Source: Albugo candida (Eukaryota). Taken from it: a stretch of 64,000 bases of DNA. The DNA is taken from positions 62,001 through 126,000 of the forward strand of contig JBDOQK010000041.1 of assembly GCA_040437565.1 (NCBI GenBank), read 5' to 3'. Shown in pieces: positions 36,258 through 48,069 of the stretch; within the stretch, counting starts at the first letter, position 1, and every line of letters starts with the position of its first letter. The position numbers and the translations under genes were made by a program. Under the pieces are notes generated by a model. The model did no database searches. It was given only the letters and a program-made list of their open reading frames with translations, and had not been told where the DNA came from.

Positions 36258-39200
36258 CGAAATTGATCGGTTTCAATGTGGAGTAAGCTGTCGTCGAGAG
36301 TATATGGAATAGTGAATGGCTGCTTCCTGCCGATCATGATTTTCCGGTAGAACCAAAACGTGGGATATGCACGCCTGATTCAAGAATGCTCCATCGTACA
36401 AGATCTTAAAGCCTGGCAAACCTAATAAAACATGAGCATCTGCAACGTATGTGGATAGCTTGGGTTAATAGAAACTCTCTTATCGACAAGACAGAAAAGG
36501 AATGAGCGAGATTGATTAGCTTGTGCAGAATGCGATTTATACTTCAACCAGTCTTTGCGTAACCATAAGCGCTTAAAGTATGGAAGAACATTCGAAGAGT
36601 ACGGTACGACGTACGATGTTTATGCTACCCCTAACTGCTAGGGTTGAGAGTGAAGCGTGAATGTCTATAGAATAAAATCAAGCGATAAAAATAGAACGAT
36701 ATGCGTGCCACCATCGAATAGATACAATGCGAGTTTGCTGCTGAAAGAGACAACGCATGCTATTCGAAACTGGTAGAGTGAGAGTTGCCCCATATCTGTA
36801 ATCAATTATGTGGTAATGAATTTACTTTCACTAACACAGTATCGAGTCGTATAGTTCCTTCAAGGATTCCGCCCTAGCTCAGTTGAAGGTGTCTATATAC
36901 TACAATTATACTAACTGACTTCTCTAGTTGCCTAGGCTATCATAAATAACAAATATTCATATAAAAAACGGGGTTATAAAAAATATACACCAAGATAAAT
37001 GAAAAATAAAATAAAAATACCACAAGATTGAATANNNNNNNNNNNNNNNNNNNNNNNNNNNNNNNNNNNNNNNNNNNNNNNNNNNNNNNNNNNNNNNNNN
37101 NNNNNNNNNNNNNNNNNNNNNNNNNNNNNNNNNNTGCAGTACTGATAACGTTGTAGAACATTCAGATCTGATACTGTAATGCTCCAATCCACCTGATGCC
37201 ACATTATAAATGCGGGTTTCCATGATGCAGATGTGCTATCCTATTGAACCATTTTATCATGTTGATGTGGTGCGATGGTGAATATGTCCATCGGCTTTTG
37301 TGGTCCAAAGCAAGGTTGGACAAGTTGTACTTATTTCGTCGAAGCAGTTATTCAATTCGGGGAAGATTTGTCGACGCATCGGATGCGAACTGCTGTAGGA
37401 ATTGAATGCGTTGTAGCTTCAGTTGTCCCACCAAAAAAGAAATTGATACGCCACTGTTGAGGTATACATCTTGAAAGTCACCGTACAAATAGAAGTGCAA
37501 CAAATTACTTTGCACAATACAATAGCGTACTCCGGTTATTTAGCTCAGGACAAACCTTCCGATCACAGGAAACACAAGAGATAATCAAGGGCGCTAGTAA
37601 AAGTCAAAAAGGCCCTGGAGCCGAACAGCCCAAGTTCAGGTATTTGGGAATTGACGAATGGTAGCACATAAATAAATAAGCGAGATTTTCGTGTGTTGCC
37701 ACTAACCTATATGTAGCGCTAGCGCCAGTACCTATGTCTAGTGCATCTCACTAGCGATATCGTGTACTTTTCATGGTTTGTGAGGAGTGAAAAAGTTGCA
37801 TGATTTTACCTATCGCCACAATGAGCTCGAAAGGTTGCGAATTGGAGATTAGCTACCCGCATGCAAAACATCCAGAAGCATGATAATAAAACAAAGTAAT
37901 TATGCTGTATATCAATGCAAGTATAGACGTAACGTCTTCACATACTCGGTCTATGTTGTAGCTTCTACTCGCCGCAGTAAATGTACAACACATAACGGGA
38001 TGCATAGCAGCAAATGATCCAAAAATGTATTTGAATGATTTCTGTGGTTCGAGCGGACCGAGATGTCATACAATTTCAGCTATTTTTTTGACACACTAGC
38101 ACGTGATCGTGCACTCGCACATGAACATTTCCGCTTTTTAAGTCCATCTGGGGGCCGTTCTTCATCCATTCTCTTAGCGTGTACTTTGAATCTCACTTCG
38201 AAAAACCTTGACAGGAATGTCGTTTGTGGCAAAAAATCAGACCAATGTGGAAACTCCCAATTCATGACTAAAGCGATCACCAGATTTGGTAGTGTGAAAG
38301 GCTCAGACTTTCTGGGGCATCACTAGGACCTAAATGATCTCATCATGATCATGGATTTCTCTAAAAGCCTTTCAAGTTTTTCTCGCTAGTGACAGCTCTG
38401 CGCAATCAACTTCACAATAATTGATGTCCTTAGAAATGTGAGCAAGGTGCATGTCCTTCTTTCCTAGCGAGATGATTCGTGATGATTCTATAATCATCCC
38501 CCTTGCATTAGAATGCGTCCGACTTGTTCGAATTGATCGCATCCTTTAGATCACCGACGGTAATATATACCATCCCCAGGAAATTTTCTTTGCGTAACTC
38601 CTGCCAGCACGAAGAATAATTTCATTGCAATCGTCGAAATAGTGAAAATATATCTGGATCAAATAAAATCCAGTGCAAGTGTATCAGATACGAGTTCAAA
38701 TCACTTTGCTTCAGCCATTGTATTACATAATTATATATCGTAATTGTGTCGATTGATGGTAACAGCGTGCCTCTATGATCTTTTTCTTGTATATATGAGA
38801 ACTACACTGACTTCAGTTCCGCACCCAAGGCATGTTTGTAAATGCGGATAGTTTCGACTTTAATGCACTACTTGATGCTGTGATAGTAATGTGTGCAAAG
38901 TCGGATAATAGAAATCGATCAAACCACATGAGGCGCCTCGTTTCACCAGTGTCTATTAGTGAAATAGAATGCTCAAAGACGTTCACTATTTTTCTTTATC
39001 TGACTCATGTGTAGCCTTTTGCAGTAATTCACCAAGACGTTTACTTGGCTTCCTTCTATTATTCTTTTTGGACGTGATGGCAATTTTACGAGGAAGTGTT
39101 TTGGACGAGCTTTCATTACTATTCGGAATGTTCAGCTCCACCTTCGGCATAGATTGTGCTTCTTTAGGCCTCTTATCCGCGTCAGATTTCATCTTAGTGT

Positions 39201-40424
39201 GCGCAGACTACATATTCCCAACTTTAAAAAATTCAAGAAAACAAAGGATAAGAGTCATTACTCACAAAATCAGTCGTGAAGTTGATCATACTCTCCAATT
39301 TATCTCTATTGAAGAAGTTCCCTCGAGCGTCTGCAAGATAAAAGCCAGCTCGTGTACCGAACTTCATGATCATATTTTTCGTCGTATTGGGATTCGCCGA
39401 TACCTGACCCACAGGTACATCAAACGAAGGACTGAAGGACTATGTTGATTCACATGAGTGAGCAGAATGCAAACAGAAAACTAGGAAAGCATAAGCGTAC
39501 ACCAAGAAATCTATGTGTGGTAATCCGCAGCTTCTTTCCTCCCGCTACGACTGATATTTTCGCTACTGAACGCTGGAGAAACATCGCTTACGTGATACAA
39601 TGGTGATTATACCAGCAATGGAGCTCTGGACATACCCGAGCATGAAAGCCAACCATAAAAGCCAAGATGATGCTAGAGCCAAATCCAAGCGTTGAGCCTA
39701 TATCATCCATGATCCAGGAGTACATTGTTGGTTGCGGCATCGTTGGTATCACTATATTTGGACAGCAAGCCTAAGCCCCAAGCTATCCCATATCCGTTTG
39801 CAACGTACTCTCCACCAAGCTCTCTTCATATCCTTTCAGCCACGACCAAAACGCTATCTATTATCAAAAAGCTTGAGAAGCCCCGCAACGACGATTCTGC
39901 CAAAAAAGTTCCACATTTGCCAATGATCCCGCCGATGCTAATCCAAAATAAGCCTATGAGAGCGCCAATGAATCTTAAGTAAAACCGATGCAAGCATCGT
40001 TACGTACTTTGCGAGGATTTTCGTAGAGAATGTCACTTTTTGTCAGATTGTGCGTCTCTGGTTCTTTTGCAAGCAAGCGATCCCAAAGCTGCCGGTTTTG
40101 GGGCACTTGTTTAGTGGAGATTCTGATCCAACATCCGTCATACATGAGAATGATCTTTGATTGTAATACCACGTACCTCCTTCTTAACAGATTTGATTTG
40201 ACGACATACAAATTGCGCAGCATCCATCGCGTCATTTTCACCGATTACAGGCAATCGTTTGCTTGTTGCTCGAATGTTACGCGCAGGACTTTCAGCTCAA
40301 TTCGTACGCAGGAACTCTTATGAAGTAAGCGATTAAAACTCAGGAAGAAGAGAGATAAAGCAATCAATTCTCTACATTGGACGGTATTAAAGTCAAATGT
40401 ATTTGTTTACTCACTTTACGCCTC

Positions 40425-41981
40425 CTAATGATAAAAGTCGAATGTGGTTTCTGCCCGTTTGATTGCATTTTTGTATCCTCGGTCAAAGTCCTTTGGCAAT
40501 ATGACATAGCGATTTTTTCTCACAGCCTGTAAACCTGCTTCTTGACAGATAGCTGCAATATCGGCAGAGCTGATTTTTTCCGGGCGGTTGACATAATCCT
40601 ACAATGAAAATTAGCGTCTGGAACAAAGTCATGGTAAATTGCTGCCTACCTCCAGATCCACTTCGTCGCTGAGATTCATTTTCGAAGTGCACGTTTGGTA
40701 GATAAGGCGCTTTTGTCTACGATCTGGTAATGGGAATTCGATTTTACGATCAAGTCGACCGGGTCGAAGTAGAGCCGGATCAAGTGTGTCTGCCCGATTC
40801 GTCGCCATAATAACAATGATATTTGTTCCTTGATCAAAGCCGTCCATTTGGTTCAAGAGTTCCAGAAGAATTCGCTGTACTTCGCGATCTGCCCCTGTCT
40901 GCGCATCAAAACGTTTCGTCGCAATTGCATCAACTTCATCAATGAAAACAATCGATGGCGCGTTCTCCTTTGCGAGGCGAAAGACATCTCGAACCATACG
41001 AGGACCCTCCCCAAGATACTTCTGCACAAATTCTGAACCAACAACTCGAATAAATGATGCTGTCGTGGCATTGGCCACGGCCTTTGCCAGCATCGTTTTT
41101 CCCGTTCCTGGAGGGCCGTACATTAGAATACCACGAGGTGGGTCAACACCTATTTGTTTGTATAACTCTGTATGAGTCAACGGGAGTTCCACAGCCTCTC
41201 GAACTTCTTGTTTTTGAACATCCATTCCACCAATGTCTTTGTAGGTCACATCAGGTTTCTCTGACATCTATGAGGGATCAAATGAGTACGAAAATAGCAC
41301 AGATCTTATCGCTGTCAGAAACCTGCATCAGTTGGATACTGGAATCTGATTCCGGTGGTAAAACATCCACGACTGCGTGAGAGTGGCGATGTAATGCAAC
41401 GGACGAACTTGGTTTCAATTTCTCGCGATCCAAAGTACTAATTACGAGCGCAAGTGAGTCTCAATACTCTAGAGCTATCGTTACTGTCATAGCCAACCTC
41501 AGTATACGAACGTAATGGTTAGATCCTGACGTTGATCCCACGAGGCCGTAATTCGCGTCCACCATCTCTAAGAATTGTCCAATAACCAACGGGACGGATT
41601 GAATCCGCTTCACTTCCTATAATCTCTCGTCATACTTTCATATCGAAAAGCTCACAATCCAAATATCAATTTACTTCTTTCGCTCGAACAAGCTCTCTTT
41701 TAAGATTCTTCATCTCATCTTTGATGTATCCTTCCTAATAAGTTACATTATTGAAGATGAATTGCGAAGTGTAGGAAATGCTGCGATGGACCTGTATGTT
41801 GAGAAATTCCAAATGTCCTTCGAGCGATTTGTATTTCGTGTATAGATCGCTTTTTGATTCCTATTGCGCGTTTCAGAGTGTTATGAATGTTTGGAACAAT
41901 ACGTATGGAGCAACATACAATTGAAATTGGAACATAGGGCTCTTCTTTAAGTGGAGGATCTTCGATCATAATCGCCTCCAT
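40425..41981 (-). CDS. RPT3: 26S proteasome AAA-ATPase RPT3/PSMC4, multi-exon
   Basis: [75 protein letters not shown]-terminal FDFYH. Confidence 0.95.
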
Positions 41982-43044
41982 TTTTGAACCGGAACGATAA
42001 TNNNNNNNNNNNNNNNNNNNNNNNNNNNNNNNNNNNNNNNNNNNNNNNNNNNNNNNNNNNNNNNNNNNNNNNNNNNNNNNNNNNNNNNNNNNNNNNNNNN
42101 NGTGGCGAGAAAATAGTGCCAAGTTCAGATCGGCTTTCGATTGTTTTTATACTAGACATATTCTTGTCGATTCACTGCATGCACTTGCGTAAAAAGAGAA
42201 GGCTTCACGTCCTGAGGTCTCTATCCGAATAGGAATCGATGTGTTGGAAGTGATACTGATATTCGCACCCTCTATGACCATCTTTGGATTATGTGTCGCG
42301 TTTGCAAAGCTATTAAATTTCTAGTCGATTTATCGTGTCTTTGAGAATGGTGAAATGCGTTACATGTAGCCGGATAGTATGTGCTTATCGATACAGAAGA
42401 TGCGCACATAAACTATGAGGAGATGGCTCGACCGCCGCAGTCATCAGAGAAGAATAGTGGTTGGGATTGCATCAATCAGGTTGTACGCATTTTCTAGCGG
42501 ACAAGATACCCGTCTGGAGATCAACAACGATCACTCGGATTTAGTTTTGTGTCTGTCGATGCGACTGGTACACTTTTGGCAATCCCGCACTCATCAAGAT
42601 GAGACTTCAAGGCACACACTAGTCGTATAAGCAGTCCAAAAGCTCCTTCAATGATGTGCTCGATACTTTTCTCGATTTAAGGTTGATAATTGCGTTGTTA
42701 GCAGATAATCACAAGCAATGTCTGCTCTTCTTGGCTCAAAGTTCCGTGGACGATGATTCAAAGTCATCTCGAATCTCTTCTCGTCAGGATACTTTGCAGC
42801 TCCGTGTGCTCGAAGAGATCAAAGTCGAGAATATGCATCCTTCCTGAAGTTGTACTTAGGATTTTAGGTGTATCTTCGAAGATACACGCAATCGTGGCAG
42901 TATGTGCTGCCGTTTGACATGATAGCGTCTCGAACAATTTTAATGTGCATCTGCGCAGTATCAGAGCATTATCTATCAAACGATTTAGCAAAGGTCATCT
43001 GATACCAGAAAGTATTTGTCAGAAGGCCTTAACGAGAGCTTGTG

Positions 43045-43906
43045 ATGTACCGATTACTTGCATCAAATAATCTCAAAAGCGGCTTGCACATTCGACCAAG
43101 AACATCGAGTATTTTCTCACAACATCGCATACTACAGCGTAAAAGCTTTTGTGTGCCAACCAGTCAGAATTTTGCACAAAAAGGAGTGGTGAATCATCTC
43201 GTTCACAAGTTGAATGATTCTATCAAGCATTACCCTGCCGAAACAATCGGAGCATTGCTACTCTCAGACATTGGAAGTATTGCGGCGATGTATGCGCTCC
43301 TCTCAGCAATAGGTTGGATGTATCCATCGAACACAAATCACTAATGAGATAGCTGCGTATAGGCTTGGAATTCTCTCCAGATTTTGCGATAGCGTATGGT
43401 GTCAGCCGTCCTTTTCGACGTTTGAGATTACCATTTGATCTTGCGACTGCTTCTGTCATCTCAAAGCTCGTCCCAGCCGTCTCGCGAGTGCGTTTGATGG
43501 ATCTTGCTCCGGTCATGTCACTGTAAGAAACAGGTCTTTATTTAGTGAGACCGCTGACTTCTTTGCTGATTCGCTTAGAAATGGAAAAGATGGCAATGGA
43601 AAAAGTTCGTGGATTGGAAAAATTATGGGAGGTACCAGAAATATAGTCAACAAATATGGAGCTGCTTACATGATTGGATCTCGCCTGACCGGTTTTGGGT
43701 TTGTATGCCTACTCTACACACTGATTAAAAACGGAATGGATGTCACCCCGGTTTTGCAGTATTTTGGCATGGAAGAAGTCAGCTCAACCCTTAGTTCATA
43801 CGCAGCTGCAGTCGTATTTTCGTCGCTTTTGTATCCAGCAACACTTGGTGTCAGTGGGTATGCTGCTCCGATCATTGCGAAATATAGGAGATCCTTGTTG
43901 CCTTGA
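43045..43906 (+). CDS. FAM210/DUF1279-like mitochondrial membrane protein, 3 exons
   Basis: Arg/Ser-rich presequence-like N-terminus, FAIAYGVSRPFRRLRLP and KYGAAY...GMDV...YAAAVVFSSLLYP, suggesting tandem DUF1279-like units. Confidence 0.5.
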
Positions 43907-44411
43907 TGTCGGATCAGACTTTTGCCTGCATAGTGGCTAGAGGTACTATCCACATCCCTTGATCCACTTAATACAAACTGAGAATACATTTCAAGTCGTC
44001 TCATCTTTGTTTTCCTGCGAGCTTACAAGATACAACGTACGATCCCGAATCGACAATACCCGATCAACGCTGCCATTTGTACAATGAAGAAAGTCGTATG
44101 AAGACCATTCCTTGTGCATCCTGCACGTGTCTACGAGTCAAGCAGTGACATCAAGGTTGGTACAATTTCAATCGGCTGCGCTCGCTCACATCATATGAGA
44201 ATGATGACAGAGGAGTGATTTTTCTTTCTGTTGCGACTTTTTATAGCGAAAATACGCAGTTGTTGAACCACAAACTGTATTACCCACTTTCACCCCTTTT
44301 GGTATTTCTATGCTGAAAACACACTTTTGTGTATTCGACGTTGTGGCATGTTTAAGACCTTAACTATCTCACTTTGCACGATCGAATCCTTTCAAGCGCT
44401 CAAACCACTTC

Positions 44412-45015
44412 TCACGACGAATGACTCCCTACACGATCTTTCGATGAATTGACGATCAAAGTCACCATCCTGAATTACAAGCACATTCTTAGCCTCCATT
44501 TCAGATACTTTAAGTAAATCAAACTCACCAAAACATGGCATAAATGATGAGCAATCCATAGAAAATCGTCCTTGTAATCGATCCCGTACGTGCCGATTGT
44601 AACTTTCTGAATCGTAGAATTTCTGTCGGGTCAATAAATTGTTCACTCCGCATAATTCTACACAGAGCTCAGTTACATTCAGATCGAACTTTCCATTCGA
44701 ATCGCACCGTCGAACGTGCCAGCAAGCTATTGGAACACAGAGGAGAAATAGAAATGGCGACCACGCAATAAGGGATACGAGAATCAGTGTGGCATGCAAG
44801 ATCATTTCCGGGTCTACAAACAATGCGACATGAGTGGTGAAGACAGTTTACGCAGTACTAAAGCGATTACAAGCTAATCTGTTGAGACGTTTTGAAACAT
44901 CAGCAGGATTCAGATGGTCTAGTTCCAGCTCATCCAATACAATAATCCAGTAGCCATTTAGAAACGTGAGCGTCACAATCAAAATGAAGCTGCACACGGC
45001 GAGAAACACTTCCAT
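44412..45015 (-). CDS. Cornichon/Erv14 family ER cargo receptor, multi-exon; first exon duplicated at 45190-45339
   Basis: IIVLDELELDHLNPADVSKRLNR, PEMILH, FIDPTEI and three TM segments. Confidence 0.8.
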
Positions 45016-45975
45016 TGGAATGGTTATGTAGCTGCTAGCAGATGTGGCACGTTATATAACAGACCAACAAATAAACGCAAGTTTTGCGCNNNNNNNNNNN
45101 NNNNNNNNNNNNNNNNNNNNNNNNNNNNNNNNNNNNNNNNNNNNNNNNNNNNNNNNNNNNNNNNNNNNNNNNNNNNNNNNNNNNNNNNNATTACAAGCTA
45201 ATCTGTTGAGACGTTTTGAAACATCAGCAGGATTCAGATGGTCTAGTTCCAGCTCATCCAATACAATAATCCAGTAGCCATTTAGAAACGTGAGCGTCAC
45301 AATCAAAATGAAGCTGCACACGGCGAGAAACACTTCCATTGGAATGATTATGTAGCTGCTAGCAGATGTGGCACGTTATATAACAGACCAACAAATAAAC
45401 GCAAGTTTTGCGCTAAAATGGCTGTGCAGACGCATTGTACCGACGACGTGCTCTTTTCTGATTATTATAAATATGAAATATGAGTCCATCGAATGATTCT
45501 TTTGTCGCAGAAAAACTTGGGTCACTGGGTACGATCCGCAACGCAAGAAATACGATTTTGGGTGTCATAAATGTCTCGTGTCTCACGAATTTGGGATTTT
45601 GAGAACTGAAGGCTGCATCAAAATACCCCGTGAACATTGATTGGAAACGAGAAGACGACATTTACTTCGGACGGATGCATGTGGGTTATCCGATCGATAC
45701 GAATATGACAAATCTTACGAAGCGACCACTTATCACTTATCATCGACATTTTTTCAAGGAAGTATTGTAACCAGTCAACTACGCTCCGGCAACGTCAATG
45801 TAGAAGTAGATTAGAGGTAGAGAAATGCAAGACTCTGGAACGAAAGATAGCGTCTCCTTTCGACTGACGTTGATAGCATCGGCAAAGCGGTGCAAATGAC
45901 AACCTGTATAACATGGTAATCGCCATACATGCATAACCTTTACAATAACATACCTCGAAACCACTGTCCACACAC

Positions 45976-47991
45976 ATGAGACACCGACTGCATTGGATAC
46001 CATGGCGTCTTGTTTCTCGCGTTGCACGACAAAATCCTCGCACTGAACAAATACTCAATCAACCCACTAAACTCTTCATGCGTACTTCCACCTATTCCAC
46101 CCAATTGCACGCTCAAAAAAACTCTAAAACACTCAATCTGACAACATTTGACCGCAATACACTGCTTCACATTTTGTACGTATCCAAGAAAAATGGACAC
46201 TTTACAAATTCATCTCGCAACTATTTACTCACGTACCCACTCACAGAGTATAAATGGAACCATCACGACCTCGTCGCTATACTCGAGGGCTTGTTATCAC
46301 TGAGTCAGAACAATTTGAGCAGAGAATTCCTCCTCAATCAGCTCCAACGAGGACACATCGACTCGTCATACAGCACAATGGCTCTCTTTATGCGCAAACA
46401 CAATGCGGAATTAGCAATAGAACTCTTCAATTTCATGGCAGAGAAACCGAACAAAATGGATGCTGGCTTGTACACCGGAGTCATCCATTGCTGTGCATGC
46501 GGCGAGCTTAAACATATAAGGAGTGCCATCCGTCTTTTTGAGAGAATGGAAAGAGAAGGATTTGAGCCGAATTATCGAACGTATGGTGCGATATTGCTGG
46601 CGTATGCGCGTCTCAATCATTGGAATGAGATTCACTCGCTGCTGGAGCTTGTTCAGGTGGAAAAGAGCTCTCGAGAGCTCAATAAGACGATTTCATGTGC
46701 GATTGTGAATAGCTATCATAAAAGTATGTATATCGTTGCTTCAAAGTTGTTTATGATGATGATAGAAGGCGGAATGATGCCAAAAGATAATCATGTGTGG
46801 CATGCAGCTCTGAGTTCCAGTGGTCGAATGGCCGATACAAAGACACTGAATGCAGTCACACAAAGCATCTCATCTCAGAATCCGGTCGATAAAAGCTTAT
46901 TGTGTATTATCATATCGGCCTTTGGGTACACAGATACACCGGAGAAAGCGTTTGATATATTTGATCGAGAACGCGATCGGATCCATGAGCCTACTGTCGA
47001 AATTGCTAATTCACTGCTTACAACGTGTATGCGAAGTCAATCGTTGGACCGCATCACTCAAGTTACCGATTACATGGAGGAAAATCACATTGATTGGGAT
47101 CTTTGTACGCTAAATATCTTGCTTCGAATCTGTGCAATCAATGGCGATATCCGTCAAGCAGAAGAATACTGGCGAATTGCAGAGGAGAAATTCCACATTC
47201 GAGTCGATCGTCAGTCGTATGAGATTTTGGTTCAAGTGTATACGGAGGCTCAAGCGTACGATCGAGTGATCAAACTCTGGCAATGCGATCGCACATGTCG
47301 TCGTCGAGCGAAAAGCTCACTCATGTTCAACTGCCTTATGGATGCATGTAAAGAATGCAAAGACATTGACACCGCATCAAATCTTGTGGCTGAATTCCAG
47401 AATCGAGGACATGTGATTGCCAACTTTAGTCAAAATCGCATCATCTCACTCTTTTTGGCCTGCGATCAAGAAGCCCGAGCTCTTTCGTATTATCAAAAGC
47501 TTATGCTCCATGAAAAGAATCGAACTCCATACGCGCTTACAGCCCTCCTCAAACACTTTATAGCGCAAAAAGAGTACGAAAAAGTGATCGACTTGTATGA
47601 AGAATTTGCCGATACTTTGGAGACGAGAGATTATCATTTCTTCTCATTAGATGCGGTTTTTGTGTATGTAGCGAAAGCGGCTGCTTTGACCGGCGCACAT
47701 CAATTGGTTTTGGATGTGTATAAGCTTGCGGAACAAGCGGGGTCAAGTGTTGTCATTCGTGAGCGGCTTGGAATCGAGTTACTTGATTCGTGTCAAAAAG
47801 CGAATGATTGGAAGACTGCAGTGACAGTGTACGATCATTTACACCCAAAATTGAGTCAGGAGATGATGGAGAAGTTTTATAAAAGGGTGTTGCAGGTTGT
47901 TGCGTCCGCAGGCCAATATGAAGAAGCGCTGAATGTGAATGGAGGCGCGTGGTACCGCTCGCGGCAATTGGAGAACAGTATCGAGGAATAA
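45976..47991 (+). CDS. Pentatricopeptide repeat protein (671 aa), probably mitochondrial
   Basis: PPR motifs such as LFERMEREGFEPNYRTYGAILLAYAR and WDLCTLNILLRICA. Arg-rich presequence; intronless. Confidence 0.9.
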   Translation: MRHRLHWIPWRLVSRVARQNPRTEQILNQPTKLFMRTSTYSTQLHAQKNSKTLNLTTFDRNTLLHILYVSKKNGHFTNSSRNYLLTYPLTEYKWNHHDLVAILEGLLSLSQNNLSREFLLNQLQRGHIDSSYSTMALFMRKHNAELAIELFNFMAEKPNKMDAGLYTGVIHCCACGELKHIRSAIRLFERMEREGFEPNYRTYGAILLAYARLNHWNEIHSLLELVQVEKSSRELNKTISCAIVNSYHKSMYIVASKLFMMMIEGGMMPKDNHVWHAALSSSGRMADTKTLNAVTQSISSQNPVDKSLLCIIISAFGYTDTPEKAFDIFDRERDRIHEPTVEIANSLLTTCMRSQSLDRITQVTDYMEENHIDWDLCTLNILLRICAINGDIRQAEEYWRIAEEKFHIRVDRQSYEILVQVYTEAQAYDRVIKLWQCDRTCRRRAKSSLMFNCLMDACKECKDIDTASNLVAEFQNRGHVIANFSQNRIISLFLACDQEARALSYYQKLMLHEKNRTPYALTALLKHFIAQKEYEKVIDLYEEFADTLETRDYHFFSLDAVFVYVAKAAALTGAHQLVLDVYKLAEQAGSSVVIRERLGIELLDSCQKANDWKTAVTVYDHLHPKLSQEMMEKFYKRVLQVVASAGQYEEALNVNGGAWYRSRQLENSIEE

Positions 47992-48069
47992 ATACGCTTT
48001 GATTTGATAGACTGTTTAATTTGATATTTGTTGTTGTGTACTTTGTGTACTACCGAACACGAACGAGCA

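Noticed and set aside
36868-36940. tRNA-like start GCCCTAGCTCAGTTG (similar TAGCTCAGTTG near 12043)
   Set aside because: No T-arm/B-box or cloverleaf can be formed.
37134-37650. Possible transposon or gene remnant
   Set aside because: No diagnostic motif could be read.
42100-43000. Short ORFs between RPT3 and the FAM210-like gene
   Set aside because: No coherent gene model or recognisable homology.
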